From positions 1 to 64,000 of the forward strand of contig CAVTHO010000005.1 in assembly GCA_963734545.1 (NCBI GenBank): DNA of 64,000 bases, in the 5' to 3' direction. Shown in pieces: positions 1-8,715 of the stretch. The number at the start of each line of letters is the position of its first letter. Position 1 is the stretch's first letter. Below the pieces are notes generated by a model, which was given only the letters and a program-made list of their open reading frames with translations, was not told where the DNA came from and made no database searches. The position numbers and the translations under genes were made by a program. This DNA comes from an uncultured Spirochaetota bacterium (lineage in GTDB: Bacteria; Spirochaetota; Spirochaetia; SZUA-6; Fen-1364).

Positions 1-250
1 AGATGTCCTCAATGATTTCCTTGGCGGACCGACTATCGGACCAGGTTCCCGCCAGTTGTTTCCAGATCTCCATCTGCGTTGATTTGGATAGATACTTCTT
101 CTTGAGGAGCTTTTCCTCGTACTCGCTGTATGTCCCACGCTCAAGGATGACAAGTATCTCGTTGTTGAGACTACGCCTTTCAATAGAAGAAAGTGCACGT
201 ATCCTTTCAAGCACCTCGTCAGGAATGTTGCGGATTGTTATGCTCGCCAT
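1..250 (-). CDS. Arc/FitA-like ribbon-helix-helix antitoxin (cassette 3; truncated by window edge)
   Basis: Manual translation from ATG 250: MASITIRNIPDEVLERIRALSSIERRSLNNEILVILE..., the RHH pattern of FitA/VapB-type antitoxins; absent from the ORF track because it has no stop in the window. Confidence 0.8.
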   Translation of the reverse strand, partial: MASITIRNIPDEVLERIRALSSIERRSLNNEILVILERGTYSEYEEKLLKKKYLSKSTQMEIWKQLAGTWSDSRSAKEIIEDI

Positions 251-256
251 AGTTAC

Positions 257-285
257 AATATGGTGTCTTTTCGGCACCAAGTCAA
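257..285 (-). promoter_or_regulatory. Cassette-internal sigma70 promoter with inverted-repeat operator
   Basis: Minus strand TTGACT-17 nt-CATATT, 6 nt before the ATG; inverted repeat TGGTG-N9-CACCA at 261-279. Confidence 0.7.
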
Positions 286-334
286 CTGTCCTCCCGCAGG
301 GCAGACCGAATCGCGCCGACCATAGCTTTGGAGC

Positions 335-453
335 ACCTAACATAGAGTTCAGTTGCCCCGCCGCATCAGCCGGACCCTTCGAGATTCGCAGACGAAATCT
401 GTTCCGTCTCAAGAGGCCGGACCTAAGGGGACAACTGCAACGATTTGTTATGA
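335..453 (-). repeat. attC site of cassette 2 (119 bp)
   Basis: Minus strand R'' TCATAAC, 5-nt spacer, L'' GTTGCAGT with one extra base, L' ACTGAAC, 5-nt spacer, R' GTTAGGT; ends nearly identical to the attC at 1177-1288. Confidence 0.9.
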
Positions 454-484
454 CGCCCATGGAATTCCTCTCAGGCAAGTGTTG

Positions 485-862
485 CTAGATAAATTGGTCA
501 TCAAGGTTAGGATCATATTGCTTGAGAGTATTGGAAACCAAAAATGATATATCTTCTTCAATCCCTTTGCAGTGTGTTTGGAATAGATTGTTGATCGTCT
601 GAATGTCGAACAGTCCGTCCTTAACAAGAATTGGGGTCTGATTGTAGTAGGAACTATCATAGCCATCAATCTTATTGTGCCTAAACCCTTTGTCCTTGAT
701 CCAAGTAATAGCCCGTGGAATTGTTTTCTTGTCATAGACTAATTGGAAGCCAGTTATCCTTCCTCCTTTGTAGTCATACCAAACATACAGATCAAACGTG
801 TCATCCCAAAAGAGGCGCTTGAATCCAGATTTGTCTTGACGAACATTTTCAAACTCTTGCAT
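485..862 (-). CDS. Conserved hypothetical protein (cassette 2)
   Basis: ORF 485..889; GGAG 8 nt before ATG 862 (MQEFENVRQ...DLYVWYD...GFQLVYDK); stop lies just before the attC. Confidence 0.75.
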   Translation of the reverse strand: MQEFENVRQDKSGFKRLFWDDTFDLYVWYDYKGGRITGFQLVYDKKTIPRAITWIKDKGFRHNKIDGYDSSYYNQTPILVKDGLFDIQTINNLFQTHCKGIEEDISFLVSNTLKQYDPNLDDQFI

Positions 863-1176
863 TCTTTCTGCTCCAATCTCTGCCGTCATGTCGAGGCAGG
901 CTGTTGTTGCATCTGTCTGGATTGCCGCACATCTTGCTCAGTGGTGGCTGAGCCTGCGCTGTTTCAGCGTACTGCGTTTGCCCGAATAGAGAACTGTTCG
1001 CTAAGCGGCTATATCCAAGATGAGATAACGATCATCATTTCACAGGAGCTTGTGCGCATTTTCGCTTGCCAACGATTCATGCTGAAGGCGACGATGCTTT
1101 GCATCTCAACAGTGATCTTAGTTTCGTGCCGCTGGTACCTATCTACGCGAAATCAGAGGGCAGCCAATCTTGGGCG

Positions 1177-1288
1177 TCATAACATAGAGTTCAGTCGCGC
1201 CGCCGCATCAGCACAGCATCAACGGTTCATTCAGACGCAGGCCGTACTTCCGGCCATCTAAGGGGACGGCTCCAACGATTTGTTATGT
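1177..1288 (-). repeat. attC site of cassette 1 (112 bp)
   Basis: Minus strand ACATAAC-AAATC-GTTGGAGC ... ACTGAAC-TCTAT-GTTATGA. Confidence 0.9.
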
Positions 1289-1328
1289 TCAGGGTCTTTG
1301 CTGGCGCCGACCGACTCTGGTTGCATCA

Positions 1329-2024
1329 TCATTTCAGATCCTTTCCTACTTCTGCCATGCACTGTTCAACTAGTTCAGTTATCCCTGCAAAAGTCCTTTG
1401 CGCAATCAGGAAAAATGCATCTATAAGTTTCATTGACTCAATATCTGTACTGTCACTGATGAATTTCATTTTCCGCTTGAGTCGTTCGGGCATTCCTGCC
1501 TTGAAATCAGTTCTGGTTCCATTTGTGCTATAGGTCCAACGTACGGAATAGCTCGAGGCGTCTCGATTTGTTGTGATACAGCAGCGCCCGGTAGTGGAAA
1601 AGGCTATCCACGAAGGCCTCGGTGCTGCAGGGAGATATTAGTGGAAATCGGATATCTCGAGAACGCGTTGTTAGTGTCCTTTGAGCTCTTGACGAGGCTG
1701 TTTCCACTTAGAATTGGGCTTGCCCTTATAGGCGCACGCTATGAAGCCAGCGACGTAGTCCCATAAGGAGCAAATATTGAATATCAGATCGTCAAAAAGG
1801 TATAGCTGTGGATTGCCTGCACGAAACAGGAATTCGTTATCATGAAATGCCGTCCCGGATGCTTTAAGCTCTTTATGAGCTTCAAGCTGCGCTCTTACCA
1901 ACAACGACAGGTGGTATTCTACCGAATTCAACCGATGGACTATGCTATCTCTTAAAGCATATCGAGCAATAGTCTCGGGAGTGGGGTCAAGTATATGATT
2001 GCCACATAGCTTAAGCGTTGTCAT
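1329..2024 (-). CDS. HEPN-domain (Cthe_2314-like) protein, cassette 1, interrupted by three single-base insertions
   Basis: ORF 1671..2024 extends to TGA 1329-1331 after removing 3 bases (near 1705, 1617, 1566), giving ...FVDSLFHYRALLYHNK...; RxxxxH at 1573-1590; about 230 aa, filling the cassette. Confidence 0.6.
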
Positions 2025-2170
2025 TTCAACGTTCCGGGCAATAATGTCTTTTTACGCGTGTAATGCTACAAGCGCCTCTCCTGCGCCGATTTCCGCCACT
2101 TCCTAACGCTCCATTGGAATGTCGCACCTCAGAGATGCTCTTAGCCGCAAAGTCAGCTACTTTTCCCTGA

Positions 2171-2276
2171 ACATAACATATATATTATAGAGTTTTGAAT
2201 AATAACCACCAGATTGCCGGGTTATGCCGCTATCCGGGCCTTCTTCAAGCAACATAACATAACCGCCCGTTATGTT
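2171..2276 (-). other. attI recombination site and adjacent integrase-box-like repeats
   Basis: Core G/TTATGT at 2177-2171 matches the R'' end of cassette 1; further GTTAT boxes at 2200-2206, 2221-2227, 2252-2263 and 2269-2275. Confidence 0.75.
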
Positions 2277-2310
2277 CTAGCGCGTAGCTGACGAAGGGAA
2301 GGAGGCAATC

Positions 2311-3810
2311 ATGATATCGTTTCTGGAATTTCTGGAAAAAGAGAAGTCTGTCTTAGAGAAAGAGCGTCCGTACTACCAACGCTGGGTGAATTCCTACTTG
2401 GATTTCTCAAAAAGACAAACAACAGGATCAGGCTCGGTGGAGAGCTATCTTTCCACTATTGATGGAGAATATGAGGACTGGAAGACAATTCAAGCTCAGC
2501 ACGCACTGCATTTATATTCCCGCTACAGGGCCCGCTGCGGCGCTCCACTCACCGAACACGCGCACAATGCGAAAACCCGCCCGATTCCTGACGGCTCCGT
2601 TCAGATTTCTCAAGCACGATCGACGCCTTTTTTGCCCCCGCAAGGCCTTGGTCTGCCCACGACGACGCAGCCTTCACAAGCTGTCCACTCTCATGTACAT
2701 CCGATGCTTCGACCGAGTCCCCTGCAGCCGCCTCCCGCCAGGACCGGGTCGTCGCCTCAGCGACCGACCCAGCAGCCCATGCGGCCGTCGCTCTCGCCCC
2801 TGCGCCCGGCCGCTCTGCCTTCACGGCCACTGCCGCTGCCGGGAGCTCTCGGCTGGAACACTGTCGAAGAACGCGTCATTCGCTTGATCCGGCTCAAGCA
2901 TCTTTCGTATCGAACCGAGAAGTCCTACCTCTCCTGGCTGGCTCGATTCAAATCGTTTGTCGATGAAAGAGATTGCACCACGCTCACCGACCAGCACCTG
3001 AAGAACTTTCTGTCGTTCCTCGCCGTCGAAAGGAAAGTGGCCGGAGCGACGCAGAAGCTCGCGTTCAACGCATTATTGTTTTTCTATCGCCATGTGCTTG
3101 ACATTGAAATAGGCGGCCTGGCAACAGTGGTGAGATCGAAGATAGGGAGGAGATTGCCCGTCGTCTTGTCCAAAGAGGAGATCAGGGAGATCTTCTCCCA
3201 CCTGGAAGGAACGCACCTTCTCATGGCCACCATCATCTATGGGAGCGGGATGCGGTTGCAGGAGTGTCTTTCCCTGCGGGTGAAGGATGTCGACTTTTCA
3301 CGGAACTGCCTTACCATCCGAGGAGGCAAGGGAAACAAGGATCGCGAGACAGTCCTGTCGGAACGAGTCGGGGAACGGCTGAAACGCCATCTGGTAAACG
3401 TACGAGCTCTCTTTGACAAGGATCGAGAGGGCAAGGTGGCAGGAGTGTCGCTTCCAGGTGCGCTAGACAGGAAGTATCAGAGCGCGGGAGAGGAGTGGGG
3501 CTGGTTCTGGGTTTTTCCATCTACAAATCTCTGCATAGATCCACTGACTCGAGTCGTGCGCCGCTATCACGTGTACACAACCACGCTTCAGAAGGCATTT
3601 CGGCAGGCTGTGCGCGAAGCGGGAATTACGAAGCAGGCCACGATCCACACTCTTCGTCACAGCTTTGCTACCCACCTCATCGAGAAAGGATACGACATCC
3701 GAACGATTCAGGAGCTGCTGGGCCATTCGGATGTCTCAACAACCATGATCTACACTCACGTGGCCACCAGGAACAAGCTGGGAGTCACGAGCCCTGCTGA
3801 TTCGCTGTAA
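2311..3810 (+). CDS. intI: Integron integrase with N-terminal extension and Pro-rich linker
   Basis: Tyrosine recombinase residues GMRLQE, GKGNKDR, HTLRH, LGHSD, TMIYTH; integron-specific insert EWGWFWVFPS; RBS AAGGAGG. Confidence 0.96.
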   Translation: MISFLEFLEKEKSVLEKERPYYQRWVNSYLDFSKRQTTGSGSVESYLSTIDGEYEDWKTIQAQHALHLYSRYRARCGAPLTEHAHNAKTRPIPDGSVQISQARSTPFLPPQGLGLPTTTQPSQAVHSHVHPMLRPSPLQPPPARTGSSPQRPTQQPMRPSLSPLRPAALPSRPLPLPGALGWNTVEERVIRLIRLKHLSYRTEKSYLSWLARFKSFVDERDCTTLTDQHLKNFLSFLAVERKVAGATQKLAFNALLFFYRHVLDIEIGGLATVVRSKIGRRLPVVLSKEEIREIFSHLEGTHLLMATIIYGSGMRLQECLSLRVKDVDFSRNCLTIRGGKGNKDRETVLSERVGERLKRHLVNVRALFDKDREGKVAGVSLPGALDRKYQSAGEEWGWFWVFPSTNLCIDPLTRVVRRYHVYTTTLQKAFRQAVREAGITKQATIHTLRHSFATHLIEKGYDIRTIQELLGHSDVSTTMIYTHVATRNKLGVTSPADSL

Positions 3811-4110
3811 GAGACACAGAGCTTCGCCACGAAGCTGGAAGACGCCGAACGCGTCGACCGTTTCTCTTGATGCCTGAAAGCTGAACACTGCGGGCGCCGC
3901 CGAAACGAACTGCCCGGCCGTGAAGACAAAACAGAGTAATTGGACGTTTCACATTCTACACCCTCTGGATCAAGCAGTAAAGAATAAATGCTCAATCGTA
4001 TATAGCGCGATGATAGGATAAATCTGTGGAGCGATGAGAACCTGCGTGCCACGCAATTTGCCTGCGGGGTCCAGCCGCAGAGGACGGCTGCGCCGCCTTC
4101 TGTTCTGCGC

Positions 4111-6093
4111 TCAGCCGCTGCCGTAGGTTCCGAGAACGCGCAGGTCCTCGGTGACTGACTTCAGCTCTTCCATGCAGCGGGTAAAGAGCGAAATGTCGGT
4201 GGGAACATTGACATCGACGTAGAAGAGGTACTCCCAGGGTTTGCCATGAATCGGACGGGACTCGAGCTTCTGCATGTTCAAGCCGCGGTCGGCAAGAACC
4301 TGCAGCGCTTTGAACAGGGCGCCGGGCTGGTCGGCAACGGCGAAGCAGAGAGATGCCTTTGGCGGCTTTCGGAGGCCGGCCTCGGGCGGAAGCTCCTCTT
4401 CGATACGCGCAATCACGAAGAACCGGGTGTAGTTCTGCACGTTCGCTTCGATTGCGGGCTTGAGCACGGAAAGCCCATACACGAGCGCGGCATCCTCGCT
4501 GGCAATGGCAGCGTTTTCCTTGGCGCCCTTCTCCGCGACGTGGCGGACCGCGCCTGCCGTGTCGTAGAAGGCCACACGCTCCCAGTCAGGATGTGAGTCC
4601 AGGAAATGGGCGCACTGGGCAAGACCCTGCGGATGGGAGAAGACTTTGCGAATGTCCTCCATGGCGGCGCCGGGAAGGCCAATGAGGTTATGGACGATAC
4701 GGATCTTCTGCTCCCCCACAATATGGAGGTCCGGATAGCGGAGGAGCAGGTCGTAGTTCTCGTGAATGGATCCTGTCAGGGAGTTCTCCATCGGCACCAT
4801 GCCGTACCGCGCCTTTCCCTGGAGCACGGCATCGAACACGGAGCGGAACTCGGGCACCGGCATGGCGCGGACTTCACCGGCAAACCAATGCCGGATGGCG
4901 TGCTCGCCGAATGCGCCTCTCTCCCCCTGGTAGGCGACGACTGTCTGGCCGACGGCTGGACCTTCCGCGGCCGCCCCCGGCGCGGCGGGCACCTCTTCCA
5001 CCACAACCGTCGAACGCCCTGCGTGTGAGACGCCGCCGCGGCCCGGCGCCTGCTCGACCTCGGGCAGCCGCGCCAGCTCCTTGCCCAGCACAGGGGCCAT
5101 GGCCTCGATGTCGCGCATGAGCTTCTCGAACTGCTCGGGGTAGAGGGATTGCGGCCCGTCGGACAGGGCGTGGTCGGGGTCGGTATGCACCTCCACGGTG
5201 ATGCCGTCCGCGCCCGCTGCCACGGCGGCCAGCGCCATGGGGCTCACCTTGGCGCGCAGGCCGGTGCCGTGGCTGGGGTCCACGATCATCGGCAGGTGGC
5301 TGAGCTTCTTCACCACGGGTATGGCGGAGAGATCCAGCGTGTTGCGCGTTGAAGTCTCGAAGGTGCGGATCCCGCGCTCGCAGAGGATCACCTGGTCGGT
5401 GCCGGCGGCAAGGAGGTACTCCGCGGACATGAGCAGGTCCTCGATGGTGGCGGCCAGGCCGCGCTTCAGGAGCACCGGTTTTCCCAGGCTGCCCACGCGC
5501 TTGAGGAGCTCGAAGTTCTGCATGTTGCGCGCGCCGATCTGCAGCACGTCCACGTAGTCCCGCATGAGGTCCACGTGCTCGGGGGACACGATCTCCGACA
5601 CGATCGGCATTCCCTGCGCTTCGCCGGCCTCCTTGAGGTACACCAGCGCTTCCTCTCCCAGGCCCTGGAAGGCGTAGGGCGATGTGCGCGGTTTCCATGC
5701 CCCGCCGCGGAAAAGCACGGCGCCGGATTCACGCACGCGCGCCGCGCACTCGAGTGTCTGCGCGCGGGACTCGACAGCGCAGGGCCCTGCAATGGCCACG
5801 ATCCTGAGGCCGCCTATGCGCACGGGGCGCGCGGGGCTGCCGAGGCTGATGATCGTGTCTTCCTTGCGGAACTCCCGGGAGGCCAGCTTGTACGGCGAGC
5901 TGATGGGGATGACCCGGGCCACGCCGGGAAGCAGCTCCACTTCCCGCACATCGACGCCTTTCACGCCGACGGCGCCGAGGATGGTCTCCTCCTCGCCCAC
6001 GATCTCCCGTATCGTATATCCCTTGGAGGTGAGGAACTCGCGGATGCGGCCCTTGTCCTGTTCCCGGATGGTGCGCTCGAGAACGATGATCAC
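4111..6093 (-). CDS. aroF: DAHP synthase (type I-beta) fused to prephenate dehydratase/ACT
   Basis: GTG 6093 with upstream AGGGG; AGPCAVES, KPRTSPY, GARNMQNF, DPSHGTG; then YQGERGAF, SHPQGLAQC, NYTRF, LESRP. Confidence 0.9.
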   Translation of the reverse strand: MIIVLERTIREQDKGRIREFLTSKGYTIREIVGEEETILGAVGVKGVDVREVELLPGVARVIPISSPYKLASREFRKEDTIISLGSPARPVRIGGLRIVAIAGPCAVESRAQTLECAARVRESGAVLFRGGAWKPRTSPYAFQGLGEEALVYLKEAGEAQGMPIVSEIVSPEHVDLMRDYVDVLQIGARNMQNFELLKRVGSLGKPVLLKRGLAATIEDLLMSAEYLLAAGTDQVILCERGIRTFETSTRNTLDLSAIPVVKKLSHLPMIVDPSHGTGLRAKVSPMALAAVAAGADGITVEVHTDPDHALSDGPQSLYPEQFEKLMRDIEAMAPVLGKELARLPEVEQAPGRGGVSHAGRSTVVVEEVPAAPGAAAEGPAVGQTVVAYQGERGAFGEHAIRHWFAGEVRAMPVPEFRSVFDAVLQGKARYGMVPMENSLTGSIHENYDLLLRYPDLHIVGEQKIRIVHNLIGLPGAAMEDIRKVFSHPQGLAQCAHFLDSHPDWERVAFYDTAGAVRHVAEKGAKENAAIASEDAALVYGLSVLKPAIEANVQNYTRFFVIARIEEELPPEAGLRKPPKASLCFAVADQPGALFKALQVLADRGLNMQKLESRPIHGKPWEYLFYVDVNVPTDISLFTRCMEELKSVTEDLRVLGTYGSG

Positions 6094-7170
6094 GCGGCGT
6101 CCCCTGGCTTCCCAGGCCGACCGGGGCTGGGACACGGTGACCTTGTTCCGGCCGTGTTCCTTCGAGCGGTAGAGGGCCCTGTCCGCCTCGCGGATGATTT
6201 CCGTGGGCGCGTAGGCCGTTTCGTCGTCGAACTCGGTGACCCCGAGTGAAATGGTGACATGCAGAGGCGATCCGCCGTTGGCGCTGGGAAACGGGTACGT
6301 CTCCACTTTCCTGCGCAGCCTTTCCGCTACCACGATGGCGCCCTTCACGTCCACGGCAGGCAGGATCACGGCGAACTCCTCCCCGCCGTAACGGGCGGGA
6401 AAGTCCACCTGGCGGATCGACTTGCAGAGGAGCTTGGCGATTTCCCGGATGATCCGGTCTCCCTGCAGGTGTCCGTAGGTGTCATTGAACTTCTTGAAAT
6501 GGTCGATGTCGAACATGACGAGGCTGAACGTGGACTTGTATCGCCGCGCCCTTTCCAGCTCTTCGTCGAGGGTCTTCTCGAAAAAGTGATGGGAGAAAAG
6601 GCCCGTCATCCGGTCCGTGGTGGCCTGTCGGAACAGGCTCGCGTTCTCTATGGCGATGGAGGCAAACCGCACGATCCGCGTGATGTACTGGATCTCCTGC
6701 AGCCCGTAGGGCGTGCCCGTGCCGCTCGGCGGCAGGAGCAGGATGCCGATGGAGCCCTTGTCCGTGCGCAGGGGCACGATCACGTCGGTGTCCAGCACGG
6801 CGAGGCACTGCACGAACGCCTTGTCGGGAAAGTTTTCACCCAGGTAGGAGAAGGGAATCTGGCTGTACTCGTCCTTGTCCAGGAAGGCGAGCAGCGGCTG
6901 TATGGAAGGAAGGGTGACGCCGAGCTCTTCCTTCTTGAGGCCCTTGTAGGAAAAGATCTGGACCGTGGTCTCGTCGATGTCTCCGGGCAGCGCGATGGTG
7001 ACGGTTTCGGTCTGGAACTTCGCCACGAGGCTCCACACGAGATTCTTGATGACGTTCTCGACTTCGAGCTGGGCCGTGATCTGGAAGGCGATCTCGAGGA
7101 TCTCCTTCAGGTCCTGGTTTTCCCTGTCGAGCGAGATCCCGTGGAGCTGGTCGTCGAGTCCGCTGCTCAT
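6090..7170 (-). CDS. Diguanylate cyclase with N-terminal GAF-like domain (reads in frame into aroF in this assembly)
   Basis: DIDHFKKFNDTYGH, I-site RQVD, ARYGGEEF; deleting one base in the linker gives TGA at 6090-6092 overlapping the aroF GTG. Confidence 0.85.
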
Positions 7171-7179
7171 CAGGAGATG

Positions 7180-7208
7180 AGTATACGCTTGCGGGAGCCT
7201 TTTGCCAA
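7180..7208 (-). promoter_or_regulatory. Sigma70 promoter of the GGDEF gene (near-leaderless)
   Basis: TTGGCA-17-TATACT, 9 nt before the ATG, no SD. Confidence 0.6.
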
Positions 7209-7224
7209 GAATAAGCCCCGGGCG

Positions 7225-8595
7225 TCAGCGCGGGGCATGGAACTCCACGTCCATCGGGTAAAAGACGAGCCCCGAAACCGGCTTCGGGTAGAAGTGCGTG
7301 GACTTGCGGGGCATCTTCTCGTCGTTTTCCGCGATGGTGATCACGTCGCTGAGGGCAGTGGGATTGAGAATCAGCGCAACCTGCATTTCCCCTCTGCGCA
7401 CCTTTTCCACCGCCTCGTCGACGTCCTTCGTGTAGGTGATGCTGGTGGACAGGCTGAGCTGCTCCTCCGTGATGCCGAGGATCTGCTCCAGAATCAGCGT
7501 GTTCAGGATGTTCACGTCCAGCAGCTTCCATTCGGAGGAGAAGTCCAGCCGCACGAGCTCCTCGTACGCCTCCTCGTCGCGCAGGGTGAGGAGATAGTAG
7601 CCGTTGGTGTTCACGATATACGCGCCGATGGTGTGCTCGCCCTTGCCCACGTCCCGCAGGTCTCGGAGCCATCGGCGCCGCACCTCCGCCTCGTCTCCGT
7701 CGCGGAAGACGTACTTCTTCACGTGGAAGTGCTCCAGGATCGCGGCTCCCAGCTGGTAAAGGCTCTCCACCTGGATGCCGTGCAGCATCCGGTGCGTGGG
7801 GAGGATCGTGAGCCCTTCGTGCTCGGAGTTCACGAGGAACATCATGATGGACTCCCACGGCGCATCCGGCCCGGCATCCGGGAAACGCTGCCGCATCCGG
7901 TCCCTGATGGTGAGCATGGTCTGGTAGCGATGATGCCCGTCGGCGATGTAGATCTTCAGGCGCCCCATGGTGCGGCGGATCATCTCGCACTTCTCCGGGT
8001 CGGTGAGGCGCCACATCCTGTGGCGCACGCCGATTGACTGCTCGACGTAGTCGATGATGGGCGGCTCTTTTTCCTGCTCGTCCAGGATGTTGTCGATGAC
8101 GTACGCCCTGTCCTGGTAGAGGCTCCAGATGTACTCGAACTGCGTGTTGGTCACCTCGGTGAGCATGATCCTGTCTTCGAGCGGTCCTTTCAGGACCTTT
8201 TCGTGGGGAAGGATCCTTCGCTCCGCGTAGTCATGCAGCCTGACCGCGCCGATGAAGCCTTTGACCTTCTTGCGTCCGATGCCCGGCAGGTCGAACTCCT
8301 GCTCGTAGACCCAGAAGGACGGCCGCGCCGTGGCGCGCAGCACGCCCTCCTCCCGCCACTGGGCAAGCTGGTCACGGGCGCGCGTGTAGCGGTTGTGCCC
8401 CTCCCCGTCGCCGGGCTCGCTCTTGTTGAGCAGCAGGCGGATCACGTTCTGGGGATGCTGCCGGTAGTAGGCCTCCTGCTGCTCGGGCGAAATGACGTCG
8501 TAGGGCTGGGACAGGCACAGCCCGATGTCGCTCACGACCGCCGGGTCGTAGTGCAACGCGCGAAAGGGACGCACCGTGTTGATGCTGTCTGGCAT
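7225..8595 (-). CDS. DUF1015 family protein
   Basis: PYDVIS, ILPHEK, YIADGHHRY, MPRKSTHFYPK motifs; RBS AAGGAG. Confidence 0.88.
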   Translation of the reverse strand: MPDSINTVRPFRALHYDPAVVSDIGLCLSQPYDVISPEQQEAYYRQHPQNVIRLLLNKSEPGDGEGHNRYTRARDQLAQWREEGVLRATARPSFWVYEQEFDLPGIGRKKVKGFIGAVRLHDYAERRILPHEKVLKGPLEDRIMLTEVTNTQFEYIWSLYQDRAYVIDNILDEQEKEPPIIDYVEQSIGVRHRMWRLTDPEKCEMIRRTMGRLKIYIADGHHRYQTMLTIRDRMRQRFPDAGPDAPWESIMMFLVNSEHEGLTILPTHRMLHGIQVESLYQLGAAILEHFHVKKYVFRDGDEAEVRRRWLRDLRDVGKGEHTIGAYIVNTNGYYLLTLRDEEAYEELVRLDFSSEWKLLDVNILNTLILEQILGITEEQLSLSTSITYTKDVDEAVEKVRRGEMQVALILNPTALSDVITIAENDEKMPRKSTHFYPKPVSGLVFYPMDVEFHAPR

Positions 8596-8715
8596 CGTAG
8601 CTCCTTGCGCGGCACGATAGATCAGATGCCCGTGACCGTCAAGCGGAACGCCTTCGGGCTCAGGTTGAACAGACCGCCGGAATCATGCAGAATTGCCGGA
8701 CAACAGGAAGGGAAA

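Larger units (their letters stand above)
1..3810. mobile_element. Integron: intI, attI and cassette array (at least 3 cassettes on the minus strand, continuing off the left edge)
   Basis: Integron integrase divergent from minus-strand cassettes; two attC sites; cassette 5' ends are complementary to their own attC R'' ends over 12-13 nt (GTTATGTTCAGGG/CCCTGAACATAAC; GTTATGACGCCC/GGGCGTCATAAC); cassette DNA looks more AT-rich than the rest (not computed). Confidence 0.93.

Noticed and set aside
335-1288. The two similar 112-119 bp repeats as a CRISPR array or IS ends
   Set aside because: Length, R/L box structure and gene-sized spacing fit attC; no cas or transposase genes
3-1533. Plus-strand ORFs 3..488, 743..1261 and 1285..1533
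   Set aside because: They run across attC sites or antisense to the real cassette genes and show no recognisable motifs
2180-2310. LexA box or a clear Pc promoter near attI
   Set aside because: No LexA consensus seen; a minus-strand TATAAT at 2184-2189 lacks a convincing -35
3811-4110. Hairpins after intI (AGCTTCG/CGAAGCT; CAGCCG-CAGAGGA-CGGCTG) as an ncRNA or a GGA-repeat copy
   Set aside because: Short stems, the loop does not match CANGGANG exactly, and there is no promoter or terminator support
6259-8037. Long antisense ORFs such as 6259..8037, 34903..36684, 45098..47809 and 49427..51148
   Set aside because: Shadow frames opposite well-supported genes, expected at high GC
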